Below are positions 33,387-34,434 of a stretch of 34,434 nucleotides of DNA, one piece after another. Position 1 is the first letter of the stretch. Every line of letters begins with the position of its first letter. A model generated the notes under the pieces. The model saw only the letters and a program-made list of their open reading frames with translations, was not told the origin of the DNA and made no database searches. The position numbers and the translations under genes were made by a program. Origin of the DNA: an uncultured Candidatus Peribacteria bacterium (GTDB lineage Bacteria; Patescibacteriota; Gracilibacteria; Peribacterales; Peribacteraceae); contig CAZBSN010000002.1 of NCBI GenBank assembly GCA_964494435.1, positions 1,969 to 36,402 of the forward strand. The letters run 5' to 3'.

Positions 33387-33414
33387 ATTATACACTTATT
33401 TTCATTTTGAGCAA
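33387..33414 (-). promoter_or_regulatory. Candidate promoter (TTGCTC-16 nt-TATAAT) in an AT-rich island upstream of the orphan gene
   Basis: Read on the minus strand, TTGCTC is at 33414-33409 and TATAAT at 33392-33387. The ATG lies about 19 nt downstream of the -10 element. Confidence 0.4.
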
Positions 33415-33422
33415 TGTACCAC

Positions 33423-34136
33423 TTACAGCCCAATAGAAGCCAGCAGCTTCGTCTTTTCCTCCTGCGTCAGTGGGCGCATCTTCCCTGATTTCAGTGATAC
33501 GTCCGTGAGGGTTGTGATGCGAACGCGAACGAGACGTACCACTTCCGATCCGATTTTCGAGAACATGCGGCGAATTTGGCGATAGCGTCCTTCCGTGATC
33601 GCAATGCGGACGACGTTTGGCGCGAGCCTTTCGATGATCGCAGGTTTCGTCTTCGAGCCGTCGAGCGTGACGCCCATGCGCACTTTGTCGAGCGCACCTT
33701 CTTTAATTTCATCTTTGAGCGTCACTTCATACTCCTTCTCGTGTTCGAATTTTGGATGCGTGAGACGGTAGCTGAGCGGCCCGTCGTTCGTGAGAAGAAT
33801 GAGTCCCTCGCTGTCCTTATCGAGGCGACCGACGGGGTAGAGCTTCCCCTGCTGCGCAGGCGGCAAGAGATCGCGAATGGTGGGCGCTGCGGTGGTACCC
33901 GGAACGTTCGTGCTCTCCACGCCTACGGGCTTGTAGAGGACGTAATACTGCATCTCTGCGCGTTCCTCCATGACCTTCCCGTCGACTTCGATCGTGTCGA
34001 CTTCGGGATCAGCTTTCTGTCCCAAGATTGCGGGCTTGCCATTCACCTTCACGAGACCTGCGAGGATGTACTCCTCCGCCTTGCGACGGGAAGCGATACC
34101 GCGGGCCGAAAGGATTTTTTGGAGACGTTCTTGCAC
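33423..34136 (-). CDS. RsuA/RluB-family rRNA pseudouridine synthase with an N-terminal S4 domain
   Basis: ERLQKILSARGIASRRKAEEYILAGLVKVNGK is the S4 domain, and GRLDKDSEGLILLTNDG is the catalytic Asp motif. I place the start at the GTG at 34136, which gives MQERLQK. The ORF is open up to a TTG at 34193. Confidence 0.85.
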   Translation of the reverse strand: MQERLQKILSARGIASRRKAEEYILAGLVKVNGKPAILGQKADPEVDTIEVDGKVMEERAEMQYYVLYKPVGVESTNVPGTTAAPTIRDLLPPAQQGKLYPVGRLDKDSEGLILLTNDGPLSYRLTHPKFEHEKEYEVTLKDEIKEGALDKVRMGVTLDGSKTKPAIIERLAPNVVRIAITEGRYRQIRRMFSKIGSEVVRLVRVRITTLTDVSLKSGKMRPLTQEEKTKLLASIGL

Positions 34137-34200
34137 CGTTTCAGTGTAGCGCGGACACGAAAAAAAGCCCTCATTGGGCTGCGGTAGAGTCAATTATTTA

Positions 34201-34318
34201 GTCCTGGCATCGGCCTACTCTCGCGAACCGTTCGGATCACTACCATTGGCGCTGAAGGGCTTAACTGCTGAGTTCGGTATGGGATCAGGTGTGACCCCTT
34301 CGCTCGAGACGCCAGGAC
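34201..34318 (-). rRNA. rrf: 5S ribosomal RNA
   Basis: The minus strand reads GTCCTGGCG...CACACCTGATCCCATACCGAACTCAGCAGTTAAGC...GCGCCAATGGTAGTG...GCGAGAGTAGG...GCCAGGAC. The terminal helix GTCCTGGC/GCCAGGAC and the universally conserved loop motifs are present. Length 118 nt. Confidence 0.9.
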
Positions 34319-34361
34319 AAAACAATCGACATGCTGTGAGAAGAAAAAGAACGAGGCGGAA

Positions 34362-34434
34362 ACGCTCATCCAACAATTCGTCCGAAGCGCGGGTCTCCCG
34401 CGCTGTAGGACTCCTTGAAGGAGGGGGCTCGTGG
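34362..34434 (-). rRNA. Possible 3'-terminal fragment of 23S rRNA (truncated by the window edge), with 34319-34361 as the spacer to 5S
   Basis: The minus strand reads ...CUCCUUCAAGGAGUCCUACAG...GACGAAUUGUUGGAUGAGCG. This loosely resembles E. coli domain VI (CUCCUUGAGAGUCCUGAAG...GACGACGUUGAUAGGCCG). The conserved GCUAAC..UACUAAU element was not seen before the 5S gene, so the call is weak. Confidence 0.35.

Noticed and set aside
1-34434. Alternative genetic code (UGA recoding), as seen in some uncultivated lineages.
   Set aside because: TGA terminates conserved genes at the expected lengths (rplE, rpsQ, the DsbA gene, G2, G4). No conserved gene needs read-through of an in-frame stop.

Overview
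This is a 34.4-kb window, roughly 55-57% GC by eye, that uses the standard genetic code: TAA, TAG and TGA all terminate conserved genes. Almost everything is on the minus strand.

(1) 1-6943 is a contiguous ribosomal-protein operon in the order rplC-rplD-rplW-rplB-rpsS-rplV-rpsC-rplP-rpmC-rpsQ-rplN-rplX-rplE-rpsN. It has no rpsJ in front of rplC. Several proteins carry long low-complexity C-terminal tails. There are no Shine-Dalgarno sequences, and CCC recurs immediately before the ATG.

(2) 7091-10479 holds a secreted CPAC DsbA-like oxidoreductase, a lysyl-tRNA synthetase fused in frame to a C-terminal HD-domain hydrolase module, and a DUF559 endonuclease-like gene bracketed by about 35-bp inverted GC-rich hairpin repeats.

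(3) 10573-31001 is the stand-out region. Four giant ORFs (about 1745, 1804, 1418 and 1464 aa) encode signal-peptide-bearing, extremely cysteine-rich modular proteins.
- Their modules are Myxococcus-type CGNG..GE.CDDGN repeats, FG-GAP/VCBS propeller blades, DUF11-like domains, acidic DNDGDG motifs, and at least two Cys-rich repeat modules I do not recognise.
- In transcription order they alternate unanchored and sortase-signal-bearing (LPDTG / VGDTG).
- A divergently oriented DsbA paralog whose CxxC active site is replaced by GNPY is embedded among them.

(4) 31079-34434 holds a beta-CASP MBL-fold RNase-like hydrolase, a low-GC orphan gene with its own AT-rich promoter, an RsuA/RluB-family pseudouridine synthase, a clear 5S rRNA, and a possible 23S 3' end at the window edge.

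No tRNA, CRISPR array, transposase or reverse transcriptase was seen. The sortase substrates, tailed ribosomal proteins and SD-less starts fit an uncultivated monoderm-like lineage, but taxonomy cannot be established from this window.
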